Of a stretch of DNA of 64,000 nt, positions 26,757 through 40,209 are shown piece after piece (position 1 is the stretch's first letter; every line of letters begins with the position of its first letter). The stretch is from Marsupella aquatica (taxonomy: Eukaryota; Plantae; Marchantiophyta), in assembly GCA_973895155.1 (NCBI GenBank), contig OZ316897.1, positions 19,407,124 through 19,471,123 on the forward strand, in the 5' to 3' direction. Position numbers and translations under genes: made by a program. The notes beneath the pieces are model-generated. The model was not told the origin of the DNA and ran no database searches. It worked only from the letters and a program-made list of their open reading frames with translations.

Positions 26757-29412
26757 GGCTTAGGGGGGGTCACTATATGGAGGGCCATACATTGCATGTG
26801 ACATTTTAGGGTTTGACCCCCCTAACTGATAAGTGTTTTTTTTTGCAAAACCCTTTCTTTCTTAAACTTTTGCCATTTTTTACTAAAAAACCCCTAAAAA
26901 AATTTAAGAAAGTATTTTTTACAATTAAATAGGCCTATGTGTTCTTTGAAATTGGCCAATCAATAAAACATGCCCTATGTGTTCTTCCACAAAACTTTGG
27001 AAGTCTTTTGCCACACCCATTTAAATGGGTCTATACTTCGTCGCATGTGATGTGCCACTTCCGTGGAAGTGACCCCCCCGGCCCCGAGAGGTCAAGTGCC
27101 AGTTCAAACCACGTCGCAATCTTCTGGGGATCCTCACACTTTTCCGCTAGTTCAGGTGCCAATTCAAGCAAGCATTGCAGAGATTCCAATCATAGAGGTT
27201 ACACGTCAGAAGTCCACAGTAAATGATGAAGAGCGGATACAACTTCAGCTTTTGAGGGGGGAGCAAAGGGGGGAGCATGGGGGAGATTAAGCAACCACAA
27301 TATACTATTCAGTATTTACTCAAAGCAAATGAAATGCATTGAGGAATAGTGAAGAATCGCTTGCTCACTATAACCCAAGAACTGTGAAGAGAATTTTGAA
27401 CTTAATTGTCAGCCACCTAATCTTGGAGAAAGAACTACCTATCCAACCAAGGATATAATTCAGCATGAGGCCTTGCTACAATCATGAATTTGGAATGATA
27501 TGTGTTGAAGACAAGAAGTCCGGTGACAAGTTTGTAAGAGCCTGGAACAACACTACTAGTCAACCAAATTTTAAAGCAATCATGAAAGATGCAATGAGGA
27601 GGAGAAAGGGCTTGCTCACCAAGGTAAGCCTTCAACCAGATAAGAAGTAAATACTAGTCATTCTCCTTATGTTGTCTAATTATTGTAACATTTTGGTACT
27701 CTTTTATTTTGCATAGTCTCAGAGATGAGCTATATATAATAGCAATTGGGAGTGAGAAAGTATCACAGAGGATCAACCTTGCAAGAGAAAGAATATTTCA
27801 TTAAAGAACTCCAGATCAACATGCACAATGACATGTGGAGGACCTCTAAGTCAAATGGAATGTGGGACCCTTGGAGTTCTTTAGTAGTATATAGATCTTG
27901 TCATCTGAGATAAATAATCTCATTGATCAGTTATCTTCATCAACCAGCCTCATATCAATTGCCACCTCATCTTAGAGAGGCCGCCAAGTTCTGACGCAAG
28001 AAAAAAAACCAAAAATCAGTTTGAATTGTTTTTAAAATTTAAGGAAAATTTGTTTTCCTGAAAATAATATTTACTATGGGGTGTCTGTACGGTACGGACA
28101 CCATATCTTAGCGAGGTCAACTGAGATGGGCAAGTGTTTGTGCGGTACGGACGCAATAATTCTGAAATTGTTTTTTTTAATTTCACATTTTTTTGGCCCG
28201 CTTTTTTTTGTCCATACGCCTATCTGAGCGAGGTCAGCCAAGATTGAGTCAATCTCAGCTGCCGAGCTGAGATGCATGGAGACTCAAAGGCCCTTTCTCA
28301 ACTACTCAGTTAAGATTCAAAATTTGTCTTGCGTTAAAACTGATAACTGATATCAACAGCTCATGTCAATTATTAGTCACTGGTTTACAATTGATGATGT
28401 TGTGTACCCCCTACCATCTCCAAGACAATCTTTGGAGTTCACTATATATCCTATGTGACATAATTTTGTTGTCTCTTGATCGGGCTGCTTTCATGTTTTA
28501 TGTACTGCCTTTAGCTATAGGGGATTGGAATCTACAGGGCAACAATAGATTTACTTTGGCAAGCGAGTTGGAGGACATGCCACAAAAAATTGTTGAATGG
28601 GGGTCATATATGAAGCACATAGCAATTAAGTGACTATCGTGATGGACGCTTAGTATGACAAGAAGCTGATGTATGAACCTGACAAGTTACTTTTCAGAAA
28701 AAGCAAACTTGCAATCTACACATTACAGCTGTAATTTAAACAAATAGGCCGACAATCTACAAGTAGTCACTATTATTGACAGCTCTAATCTACCAGGAGA
28801 CAATGGACCTACCAGTTTCCTTTTAGTTTAGTTGTATTTGCTTACTATTGCAAACTAGATAAACTCTCTGTACCTACCATTTTGTTTCAGTTTAGACTTT
28901 GTTGTTTGCTGTTGCAAATTTAGAAAATCAAACAAAGATCAATAGTGCCTCAACCTACTATACTTATCACCTTCACTTTGCAAAATGATCCCTTAGAGTA
29001 AAGGTCCCTCCAAGAATAGATTGCATGCTAGATCTTTCTCTGCGGTGGGGAGCTTGATCAATTTGACATCGTTCTAGAAGACTGTGGTGGGTCACCACAC
29101 TCATCATCATTGGAGCCATCACTATGATTCCATTTGTGCTCTCGGGGTCGGGGCGGGTGGGGCAAGGGGAGCCGTCACTTCCACGGAAGTGCATATCAGG
29201 TGCAACAAAGTATAGGCCCATTAAATAGTTTTGGTGAAAGTTTTATTAAGTATTCAATGGAAATATAGGGTTGTTTCATTGCAAAATGCACACATATCAT
29301 TGCGTGATTGGTGTTACAGTACAACTTTATAGAAAGTGATTTAGGGGGAGATGAATGACCCAAACCGCCACACATGATGTATGGCCTTGCATATTGTGAA
29401 CCCCCTCAAGCC
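26757..29412. mobile_element. Non-autonomous DNA transposon with long (~270-330 bp) diverged terminal inverted repeats (MULE-like)
   Basis: 26757-27090 (GGCTTAGGGGGGGTCACTATATGGAGGGCCATACAT...AATGGGTCTATACTT...CACTTCCGTGGAAGTGAC) matches the reverse complement of 29140-29412. No TSD recognised, so the superfamily is tentative. Confidence 0.72.
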
Positions 29413-31594
29413 GATGCTCTTTTTAAATTGTCAATAAAACCTTCTATACTATTGAAAATGAGCAGAGTAATGTCTTTGATCTCCTTTCGTAGACTCCCAA
29501 AATATCAGTGGCTTTAAAGACTATTGGTGAATCAAAACCAATCGCAATTGGTCATTTGACCACATATATTAGAGACCTCGGAGTAGGATTGGCTGGAACA
29601 GCATAATTTTGAGCCCAAAACATGAACACTAATCCACATTCTAAATGGGAACAAGCAAAACAGATAAGAAGAAGGCCCAGGCTTCCATTCTCTGTAATGC
29701 ACAAGTTTAGATCATGCCCCAGGCTCCGTGGCTTTCTCACTGCATAATGTAGCAGTCTCGTTCTTGACAACAAATGAAGTACTCAATTTGACGTGGACAA
29801 TCTAAGTAGCGTTGGCCGACGCATCTCTAACGACTAATTCACAGTTGGATAAGTTCTCTTCATTCAATTTGGAATGCTGATGTTTAGAGGACGCTTCCTC
29901 TATGTCAATGAACTCCCGCACAACTACTGTACTGGACTAATGTGAAATTGCCGCCACTCTCTTCAGTCTTGATTTCTTCTTTCCCATTTTAGAATCCTTT
30001 GCAATTAAGTTGGGCATCTCTCACGCTCTGACTTTCCTCTCTCTGGAGAATTGAAGGAAGAAAAGATGTATCTCTCTATCTCTCCCTTAGCATAAGACCA
30101 AATACTTTCCTAAATCAGCATAAGCGGTCTGTAATTAGAGTGATGAAATTTGAAGGACAATTGCTATTTTTGTCCAAGAAAGGAATGGAAGCGGCTTCAA
30201 AAAGATGCGGCAGTCTTCTATGCAAGATTAGAAATAGTTGCATGTCTAAGGAGGAGTAGATTATTTATCCAGTATAGGTAAGCGCTTCTTACTAGTAAAA
30301 TCATGATTCAACATTGATTGAATGTGCAAAGGGAGTGTGATAAATAGTTGAGGACTCCGGCTTGTAGAATCAAAAACCTAAAAGATATGTTTCCTTGGGA
30401 ATATCTCCGACCGATGACACCTCAAAAAATATCCTATCCAAACCCTGGCTCCCCCGACGAAACTTCCCAAGGATGCTCAAACTCTGCAAGGCGGTCGTTT
30501 CCGTCACGATTTATTCCCGTGATTTAGGAGAGTTGACCAACGGCGAGGTCGGGTTGCTAGCTCTTGAATTGATTATGTCTTCAGTCATGGCATTCTTTTC
30601 AAATTTGAAAAGCATGCGGGCACTCTGAGCGGCGGCGCTCAGGTCTAGAGAAGGTTTCAGATCCCGTGCTATACTCCGGTGATCATTTGCCAATCGAGGC
30701 AGGCACCAATTCACCGTGTCCCAAATCACATCCAGCCCCCCTACTCAATGAAAACTCGTTGTAGGTGCGGTTTTACGTTCCTAGGCCTACAATGGCTGTC
30801 CAGTACCATAAACTGCGATTTTGTTTTACAGAATCAGGTTTTTGTTCACTTCCCGTAGGTTCTACCTGCGCTGGAACAGCCTCTGGGGGCAGCCTTGGAT
30901 AGGCTCTAGAAGCATTCTCAGCACCCCTTGCACAATACGGTTTTGGAAGCTGGAGGAGGCTGCCCCTGAATGAATCAGGGTTACAAGCCCTCCAGCACTT
31001 TAAGTAAATTTTCAGTAATCTCGACAAAAGCTCTGAGGTTAGACAGGCCAACCGGGAGGTGGGCAGGAATAAATGGGACAGAAAGCTAAAAAAAAATGTT
31101 TTTTACCGTCAACTTCCGTATCCGTCAGTACCTGTGGGAGCCTCACATTGCGGGCGCCCTCGTAAGGGCTAGTAGAAATTAAGGGGATGAAAAACTATTT
31201 AATGAGGCCCGAGGGGCACTGTCACGACCAAAATACGACGGAAAAGCGCACATCTCAGGAAACTGGCTCGATCGGATCGATGCGGGGAGCCAGAGGATGG
31301 GAAACTGTCACCTACGGTTCTGAATCGGCAGCCAGGTCTTTTTTTCAATCTATTCCTCATTTTCCAGAAATGGTTCTTCGTCCGGATATTTTTTTCTCTG
31401 TCTTTAAATATTGTCAATTTCTTAAAATTTCAAGCTGCTTTCTCTTCTACGCTGTACGAAGAGTTGCTAATTAGGCTAGGTTTTTTGAATGTGTTTAGTT
31501 ATTCTATTGTTTCTTTGAACCGGGAGTGAATTTTTCTTGTGGTGTCTTTTAGTGTGCTCTATGTGGATTTTGTGGAGGTGATTTACTATATGGA

Positions 31595-32290
31595 AATCCC
31601 TATCGATGTATACAATTAGACGGTCTTTATCAGTCCATAGTGGGTGTATTCAAGACTCTAGTGGGCATTGTGGGATTGGTTGCAGCTTCTCAAAGCCTTG
31701 TGAAAAAACTTATGCAAGAACTTGATAGAAGACTCCAAAAAATACACGTACAAGGAATGTCCTTATGCTTCCTTTAGATTGCATGCCTGGGAGTAACCAA
31801 ACTGGTTACTTTCAAAGCAATGCTGCCTAATTTTCATGGATTTGAGCATAAATTTGTTATGTAGGTTGTGGTACTTTGTTTGCTTTGCATTGTTTTGAAT
31901 CCGCTCATTGAGGTTTTTATGGACTTCATAGATTGTATTTGCTAACATTCCAGAGTAAATAGCATCTTGAGAGGTCCCTGTGCTTAATTAGTGGATCAAT
32001 TAATGAAAATAGCAATGGGATCGATGATAAAACATGCTAAAACTTGGCAAGTTCAATATTGTAAAAGTACATACCATGCATGAGTCACCTAAAAATTGCA
32101 TCAAACGATGTGGATTGCCTTTAGAATATGACACAGGTATATTCAAACATCTTCACATTACCCTCATGAAGGTTCCATACAGATATAGCAAGAAGAGGAA
32201 TTTCATGCTTGCCTGGGGCAAATAGCAAGGCATAGCCAGATGACTAGAGTTTTGCTAGACAAAGCAAGCTATCAAGAAGACTTAAGAGTG
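31595..32290 (+). mobile_element. Plavaka-like (CACTA-related) transposase remnant
   Basis: LDGLYQSIVGVFKTLVG...ELDRRLQKI (~31615-31745) and FNIVKVHTMHESPKNCIKRCGLPLEYDTGIFKHLHITLMKVPYRYSKKRNF (32052-32205) resemble remembered Plavaka motifs DxLHQxxxGVFK, ELDRR and FNIPKxHxxxH...IxxxG...YxTxxxExLHIxxxKxxYRxSNK. Confidence 0.65.
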
Positions 32291-32295
32291 CATGC

Positions 32296-35200
32296 TGTGA
32301 CAGGGCCCCAAACCCGGAACCCGGTAGTAACTTAATGATGACTTATAATTACGTATATAAGTAGAAAGACAAGTAGGTGTAGTAAAAGTGTTTGGATTTT
32401 CAAATTTTTTATTTTTGTTAGTTCTAATAAATGGATGTGACAACCGAAGGCTGGAGTTGAGAGGGGTGCCGGGCGGTGATGGATGACAAGGGAACCATTG
32501 AGGGGGTACAAGGAGGCCACAAGGAAGCCCAAGGACTTGGAGGCACGGTGTGGGCATCTCGGAGGGGTGGGGGCTGGTCGGAGGCTCCACGTAAGGCGCA
32601 AAACGGGAAGAAATGACCAAAATATAGAAAACGTTGAAACTGAAAATAGACGTTTCTGCGCTAGTACTATTCCAAACATGGTCATGTTTGGATTCATTTT
32701 GAAGCCCTCAATGAGCCCCATGCGAAAATGAGGTTCTCAAGTTAAGTTTAGGTCTATATCAAACAGTGACATCTTGAGGGACCTCAACGCCCTAAAATGG
32801 CAAACTAGACAATCTTGGAGTAGTGATGGTGGGAGGGCCCTTTGAAGGAAGGGACTCCCACAATTTCCCTTCCTCAATCCGTATTTTCCCACAATTTTCC
32901 TTCTCCACTCCATAAAAGGGGCACTCCGTAGAAGAACACATCCGTAGAAGGGGCACTCTATATAAGAACACATCCGTAGAAGGGGCCCCCACACTTTCTT
33001 CCTCCCCTTTTTCTCTATACTCACTTGTGAGGTTCCCACCCATTCCTAAACCCTAAACCCTTTCCCTATTGTGTTTGCTTTCAACGTGTGTACGGACCTT
33101 GGTTGTACAAACATCAGTTATTTGGCCATCTCAAAATCAGGAGTCTACAGGCTTGTTAGAAAGAGCTCGCCGAACTGAATCCAACAATGTGTTACACGAC
33201 CAAAACGGAGCTAAGACGGGGGAGATACGATAGATCGCGTTTTTTTGAGAATACGGGGTTTTTGAGGCCTTACAGCCGTCCGTACTGCAGGAAGTCCCGG
33301 CTTTGCAAGGGAAGGAGGAGGGAGCAGCACATACGGGGAACCGTGATCCATGTTTTGCAAAGCCGGGGCCCCCTGGTGTTGTACGGACGAAATGGCAGGA
33401 GACGGTGCCTCGTGAAAACTTAAACGATCATATCTTGGCCGTTTGACCTCCATTTTGTGCACCGTTTACGGAGCCATGATCAGGAAGAGAAGGGCTCCTC
33501 ATATATGTTTTCAGAAGTGAATTCTAAGAAAATTTTAGTTTCGACAATTGTAGGGGCCCCCTCCTTTTATGGCGGACCGGTGGTGGCGATCAGGAGGATT
33601 GAGGCTGGTAGGCAGGGTAGATAGATAAGATAGGAGGTGGTGGACTCAAGTGAGTCCTTGTTTAGTGGAGTGGTAGTTGGCACCGTCGAAGGCACCGTCG
33701 GTCCCGTAATTAGATTATTTAGGGTTTTAGAAGCATGTGTGTGCCGCATGTTTTAGGTTAGGGATTTCTCGTGAAAGGTTTTAGCGGCGCCGCTAGGGTA
33801 GCCGCCAGTGTTGTGACTGTAATGCTGTACATTAGTTAGAAATGATGGAAATTTTATAAATTTTAAACTTTTTCTAACTCAAGGTACAATCTAGTTACCT
33901 TTTGTAGCAATTTAGATCAACTGAACACTTAACCTAATGTTATGCTTCATCGGAGGCTATTCTATTGGACAAGGACCGCCAATATAAATCCTTGCTCTTT
34001 ACATGCTACCAAGAAAGAAGACTGGACATCATTGGAGAAGCAATGCAGACTAGAAGATTCAAGAACCGGTCTCCAAAACACTTTTTCAACAAGAATGAGC
34101 TCTGTATACAATTATCACAATCAGCCGATCTCTGCTATTTTAGTTAAATAGCTATCATGGTCAGAAAAGTCTCATACTTTTTCAGGAGGTAGTAGTTGCG
34201 TAGTAGAATCATCCCTGCAAGTTTCATCTCAAACCGACATGTGGTTTGAAAATTAGAATTAATTTAGTTTTGCTATTTTTCGCATAGCCGCGACTTCGCC
34301 GACGCTTTGTGAAGCGTCCTTTGTATTTTTGGACGCTTTGAAAAGCGTCCACCCAAAGACCACGACGCTTTCCAGTTGTACTCCGACGCTCTGCAATCCA
34401 CATGAGGAGCGACGCCCACAGAAGCGTCTGCTACCCCGAAGGTGACCTCGACACTGTGACGCCCACTGAAGCGTCCCGCCCGGAGCCCATAAGACGGACG
34501 CTGCGACCAAACCTCGAAATTCAGCCGACGCTTTCTGAAGCGTCCACAAAAGTCCTTTGTAGTTTTGGACGCTTTCTGAAGCGTCCACTATGTTCCCGAC
34601 ACTTAGAATTTTTTTTTTCAGTTTTCGCACTTTTATAACACCGCGCCACTTTTACCGATTTATTTGAGGCACTTAGAAGTCTCAGAAAAGTCTGAAACTT
34701 TTCCAGCATATAGACTATATGTAGTAGAGTACCCTAGAAAAGTTTCAACTCATTCCGACTCTTAGTTTAGAAGTTAAAATTAGATTAAGATCACTGTTTA
34801 TTAGTTTTACCGCAAACACCGACGCTTTGCAAAGCGTCCGCTCAAACTTCGACGCTTTCTGAAGCGTCCCCTGCATTTTTGACACTTTCAACAGTGTCCA
34901 TTCACTTTTCAAGGATGACCGTCATTAAGTTTATTCAAGACCCTTTAGATATGAAAGGGCATGTCCTTTCAGTATCTCAGTCTCCTTGGGTTCCTGCTAG
35001 CCTATATGAAGTAGAATTTGTGTCATTTTCAAGTGTGAAGAAATAAAGTAGTGCCTGTGGCATGTGCTACAGTACTGTAATCACCTTTGCAAAGCTTTCG
35101 TGTGTTTTCGTATGGTATGGAGCTTGCAAATACAAAGGAATTCTTCTCCCTTCCTTGGTCTGAATGATTGAGAGTTTAGATCATTGAAGTAAAATTACTT

Positions 35201-36269
35201 GTATGAAGTTGAATCTCAGAAGTATGAGGGAATAGATTCCTTAAGTGGTGACAACCCATCTTCTTGAGTTCTTGATGCATAATTTTTGGCGTGACATTGT
35301 TTGTGCACGGATGCAAAGATTGTTACTCACCAATTACCTGTGACTTCAATTTGATCATGATGGTGTTTATTATTCGTGACTCAGAGTACCGACTGGATAT
35401 TGAAGAGATTGATTACTAGTTTCTTCTGAGTACCTTTGGAAGGAAAAGTTGAGACGTGTTGACGGCATTTTAGTAATCATCCTAGTACAGTAATCCATTC
35501 CAAAAATGTTCTTACGGATATATCACCCAAATCACATCAAATGAAGTATTGATGAGAAGTTACCTTGGTGTTTTCCAGACTCCCTCATCATACCTCAAGA
35601 TTTCATTGTGTTTTGTTATTTGTTTCCATTTTATTAATTGCATTTACAATGTTAAGCAAACATTCAAATCTATGCCTTGCTGAGCAATCATAGTAAAAGG
35701 CTCAAACCTGTGTTTTTTGTGACCTTAGTCATTCATAAGTGTTAAATGATAGAAAATCATTCCTTTCTTGTTCTTCCATGGGATCGAATACCGAGTTTTG
35801 GACATTAAATGCTGATTTATGTCCTTAGTACAATACTACAGTGACCCCATGAGGAGTGTTTTGGTGTGTTTTTTTAGTATTTAGGGGGAGCCCCGTAGTG
35901 AGCTAAGGGGGGGAACTCAGCGTAGTGCTTTGATGCTTTTAAGTAGCTTTTGTGAGTAGCGCACCGATTAGGAGAGGTTCAAGCCAGAGTAGTGAGGTGG
36001 AGAACGTAGCACTTGTCCCCGGGAGACAGGAGTTGGGCAGACGGTAGGAGGCCGGGTTGTCCTTGCATGTGTTACGGGAAACACCAAGAGATATGGATTT
36101 GGCTTGAGGTTCCAATATTTTGAGTGTCACTTGTTGTTGCTTGTGTTGTTTGTTTTCCTCCCCTAGTGCATGTGGTCAGTTTCGTTGTGGAAACATTTGC
36201 CCTTGTCGCTAGTGTTCAAATCTTATTGTACACGTTTGTATGCTTGCCCATGAGAGGGGGGTGGTGACA
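32296..36269 (+). mobile_element. Probable long (~4 kb) Gypsy-type LTR or LTR-derived block
   Basis: Starts TGTGACAGGGCCCCAAACCC and ends GGGGGGTGGTGACA. Non-coding, with TATA-like CCATAAAAGGGG (32910), AAACCCTAAACCCT and internal repeat arrays. No matching TSD, PBS or second LTR seen. Confidence 0.45.
34301..34868. repeat. Array of 18-bp palindromes GACGCTT-N4-AAGCGTC
   Basis: Full copies start at 34301, 34332, 34527, 34568, 34821 and 34851, with several half-sites between them. Confidence 0.9.
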
Positions 36270-37827
36270 GCACTCACCCGGTGGGCATGAGTTGTAAATG
36301 GTAGGGCCAGTCCCTTGGACTTGATCAAAAACGGAGAGACCAGTCGGTAGACTTGATCAAAAAGTACACTTCTAGGAGCGAAATCAAACATACTCATCCT
36401 TAGGTGTGGAAATCCTCCAAATAGCGTCCCTTCACGACCCCGTAATACGATACCAATGGTTAAAGCAAAGAAAAGTATGATTTGCACGTATTAATTGTTG
36501 GATAGGCAAGTGACACACATAGAAGATGTTACTGCACTGGACCGGGTACTATAATTCCCCTTACCTCCCTCCCACCTTCTGCACGTGTGTACTTTCAGTT
36601 TGTACTTTCAATGTAGCAACATGAACATTCTTCATGTCCCTTAAATACAAAGAATGCCTTGTAGCCACTTATATGCTTTATGATTTCCTATGTGCAGGCT
36701 GCATTTGGCAGGACAGATAACCTTATCTTAAAAGGATCTAAGGTTGACATCGAGTCGGCTTGACACAAGTGACAAGGAGTTTGGGCCTATAGAAGTGTGA
36801 GTGAACTATTTCAATGTCAACCAGAAATACATCATTCTCCACCTCAAAGAAGTGTTGTATGATATCAAATATGTGCTAAAAAAATTGGTAAGAATTAGAT
36901 GATAAGATGTTTTCAAGTGCTTTGACTGGTTTAGAGAGGAAACTCATACCTCTATCAAATACACACAAGAAAATAGAACAAAATTGAAACAACTAAGAAA
37001 ACACAAGAAAAATGCTTTTGTCATAAAGTGTGATGTTGAGACTTTTCAAGCCAAACTTCAGCACTGAGATACCTCCATCACCACTCCTTCAAAAAGGAAA
37101 TCTTATGGCTCGGTTATGGGATGAGCCATAAGGCTATAACTTTGGATTACGGCCTGGGGTTGAGATGCCCTAATGGTAATGGCATAAAACCAATACTCAT
37201 ACGAAAAAGTTATGGACTATGAATTTTATAGTAAATAATGTTTAGTGTCCATAACACATAACTATATAGTAGGCAGGTAAGGTATATCCACTGGCAAGTA
37301 AGGTCAATCCACTAGGCAGTTAAGGTCCATATATCACCCGGATCATGATGGTGTGAAGTGGCTCATGACGTTGACTACCATACACACTGCAGTTGGATGG
37401 GTAGGAACAATGTATAGGTACAGGCTTTGGTTTAGTGATCCATAGTAGCTTTAATTTCAATTGATGAGAAAATCACTCAAATCTCATACCATGTTAGTAG
37501 GAGTATATAATTTTGTCAAGCTAGCTTTAAGTCACCCAATGCACTTCAACAGGCCCAGGCTTTCACTATGCTTCGTAGGGTCGAGGTAGTCGATCTTAAG
37601 GCCGTTTTGCATGTACATCGGCCCTCAAGAATGCGGCCTTTCACAACCCTTAGAGCTTCTAGACAGATTCCCCTTTTTGACACTCCTACACAGTTTATTC
37701 TCAAGCTCTACCAGACTTTTCAGTTTATCACCTGGTAAAAATTTTAGTTTGTTGTTTGCTTCTTTGTTTTTGTGAGATACTTCTTGACTTATTGGGCCTC
37801 CTTGGTCTTATTGGGGTCTTTCCCTTC

Positions 37828-37937
37828 CCCCTTTATTGGGTTCTTTTGACTTCGGGTTCATGTGTCCTGCTAATGTTGCCAACCCCCTTTATTGGGTTCT
37901 TTTGACTTCGGGTTCATGTGTCCTGATAATGTTGCCA
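37828..37937. repeat. Tandem duplication, ~57-bp unit x2
   Basis: CCCCTTTATTGGGTTCTTTTGACTTCGGGTTCATGTGTCCTG(C/A)TAATGTTGCCAA twice. Confidence 0.9.
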
Positions 37938-38645
37938 AAAATTATCTTGTCTTTTTGGCACTCTAATATATTAGTAATATATATAGTCACCTTTGTCTTT
38001 ATTATATATATTATTATATATTATATTATCACCCATTGTCGTTTTTGGCAGCTTGATATATATAGTCACCCGGCCCAAATCATTTGCATAGACTCACGCG
38101 CGCCAAGATTTGCGATGTCCGTGCAGCGTCGATGGATTAAAGGTACAGGTAGCTTCCTATGCTCCACATTAGCTTTACCGCTTACTCCGCATCCGGCGCC
38201 TCGATTGGAAATCCCAAGATGACTGGGGCTCTTTTCATGAAAAGAGCCGCCAGCTTGCTCTGCTTTGCAGATCATTTTTCTAGTCACTGAATTGAGTTGA
38301 GGTCCCATGCCGTGCAATGCGAACTTTGCTGCGTCTATCGAGCTTCAAGTACTTTCCCATCTTCAAATTATAGTTGAACTGGTCCGGATTCATCGGGTAG
38401 AATGGAAAGTAACGTGCATGCTTTTCAAAGGAGATTGAAGTTACGAACAAACTAGACGTGTACGATTAGATCACCAGAGTACCACACTATCTGCACTCTC
38501 TAGCCTTTCGAGTCGTCCTGCAGGGACCTCTTTTACACTTTCTCCATTTTACTTTGTCTGGTGTTTTGGTCAATTGGTCTTGTTTCCCTGTTTCAAATGG
38601 TCTCTAGTGTCGCTGATCAATGCCAAAATACTCAATTTATGTGCA

Positions 38646-39170
38646 CGACAAGCGCACTCGTGATTTAATCCTCTCTCCTTCCTGGTGTGGGATCCGTTGG
38701 GGCTCACCGTGGTCTGTAGGGCTCACCCTGGTCTGGGTTCCTACCGAAAAACTGTCACATTGGGATGGGGGAGTCTAATTTGATTTCCTCCCCATTTCCG
38801 TTCAAGAAAAAAAAAACAAGCACACTCGTGAATTAAATTAATACTATAAAGTAGTGTAGCTATGGACACTTTATAGTTATGGATAGCTTTCCATAGCAGA
38901 AGTCTGGCAAGTCATGACACAATAAACGCGAAATAGCAGGAATCCCTCTATTTGTGTGCAAGACAAGCGCACTCGTGAATTAAACTGCTAATATAAACTA
39001 CGTATGTTATGGAGAGCTTCGTTCTAAGTACCAGTCCCTCAATTTTCGTGCGAGACAAGTGCACTCTCGAATTAAACGACTACTATAAACTACGTATAGC
39101 TATGGAAAGCTTCATTTTAAATAGCAGAAGTCTGGCGAGTCAACCTGAATGGCACTAATCGCGAAATGGA
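38646..39170. repeat. Locally repeated motif upstream of the SDR gene
   Basis: ACAAG(C/T)(G/A)CACTCGTGAATTAAA-like motif at ~38648, 38816, 38963 and 39055; the last three are followed by TATAAA...TATGGA blocks. Confidence 0.75.
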
Positions 39171-40209
39171 GGTTATGGTTTGATTCTTTTCATGATCTGA
39201 TTGGATGGATTTGAAGATGATCGGTGAGAATTTTTAAGTGAAATAGAGGGGACTGCATGGTCCCACCGCTTCATAATTTGGCTAGCCAGTGATCAAGTGG
39301 CCCCTTCTATGTTAGCTATGGAAGAGGAGTGGTTGAAAGAGGAGTGGTGTTGTAACAAAGTCAGACTCAGAAGTTGCTACGTCCGACTGAGTTCATTCTG
39401 TGCCTTGAAGCGATCGAGCAGTAGGAGCTGCACAGCGACTGTTGAAATATTAGGACGTACTGACATAGTGCATTCGGAAGAGGATATCCAAATCAATCAG
39501 TTCTAGACAGTAGAAAGTACGTTACTCATCCACTGAGTGATGCATCATCACCAGTTCATCATAGATAGCTGAGCAGCCAGGAACAGTTCTCATCGAGCTT
39601 CATCGCTCTGACTTGTGCGGGGACTTGTGTTCGTGTATATCGCCATCATGTTTGGAATGGCCTCTAAATCTTGTCGGTGAGAACGTGCTTCGAGTTGACG
39701 TCATAGTTTTAATTGTTTGAATGCAAATCGCAGCCGAAACTTACGAAATTATACATCGCAGCACTTTCATGGAGTTATCCATTGCATCGTAGTTGATTAA
39801 TTTACATTTAGCACCGTACATCGTTTGTCACTGTGAAGCTTAATAGATCTATATGTAGAGTTTCTCTGGCGTTCCAAAATTGTTCCAATTGTAAGTATCT
39901 CGAATGTTCATCATGACAGGAAGCGCTTGCAGCAAATCTCTGAGAATATATGGAAACGAGCTGCAATCGTGGGCAAAGTTGACAACTACAGCAGCTTGGC
40001 TCCAGCCGAACAAAGGTATAGGACCTCCCTCCAAGGGATTTACCACCAGTGCAACGCTAATAAGCTAATGTTTCATGCAACAATTTTCCACGTCAGTCAT
40101 CGTTTATATATGAAATTTTCATTGTCGCAGCCGTGCAAACGCTGCTAGCTGTCACTGTTGTGGTTATCTTCAAGGTTTTGGTTGTTTACAGCAAACAATG
40201 AGCACTTAG

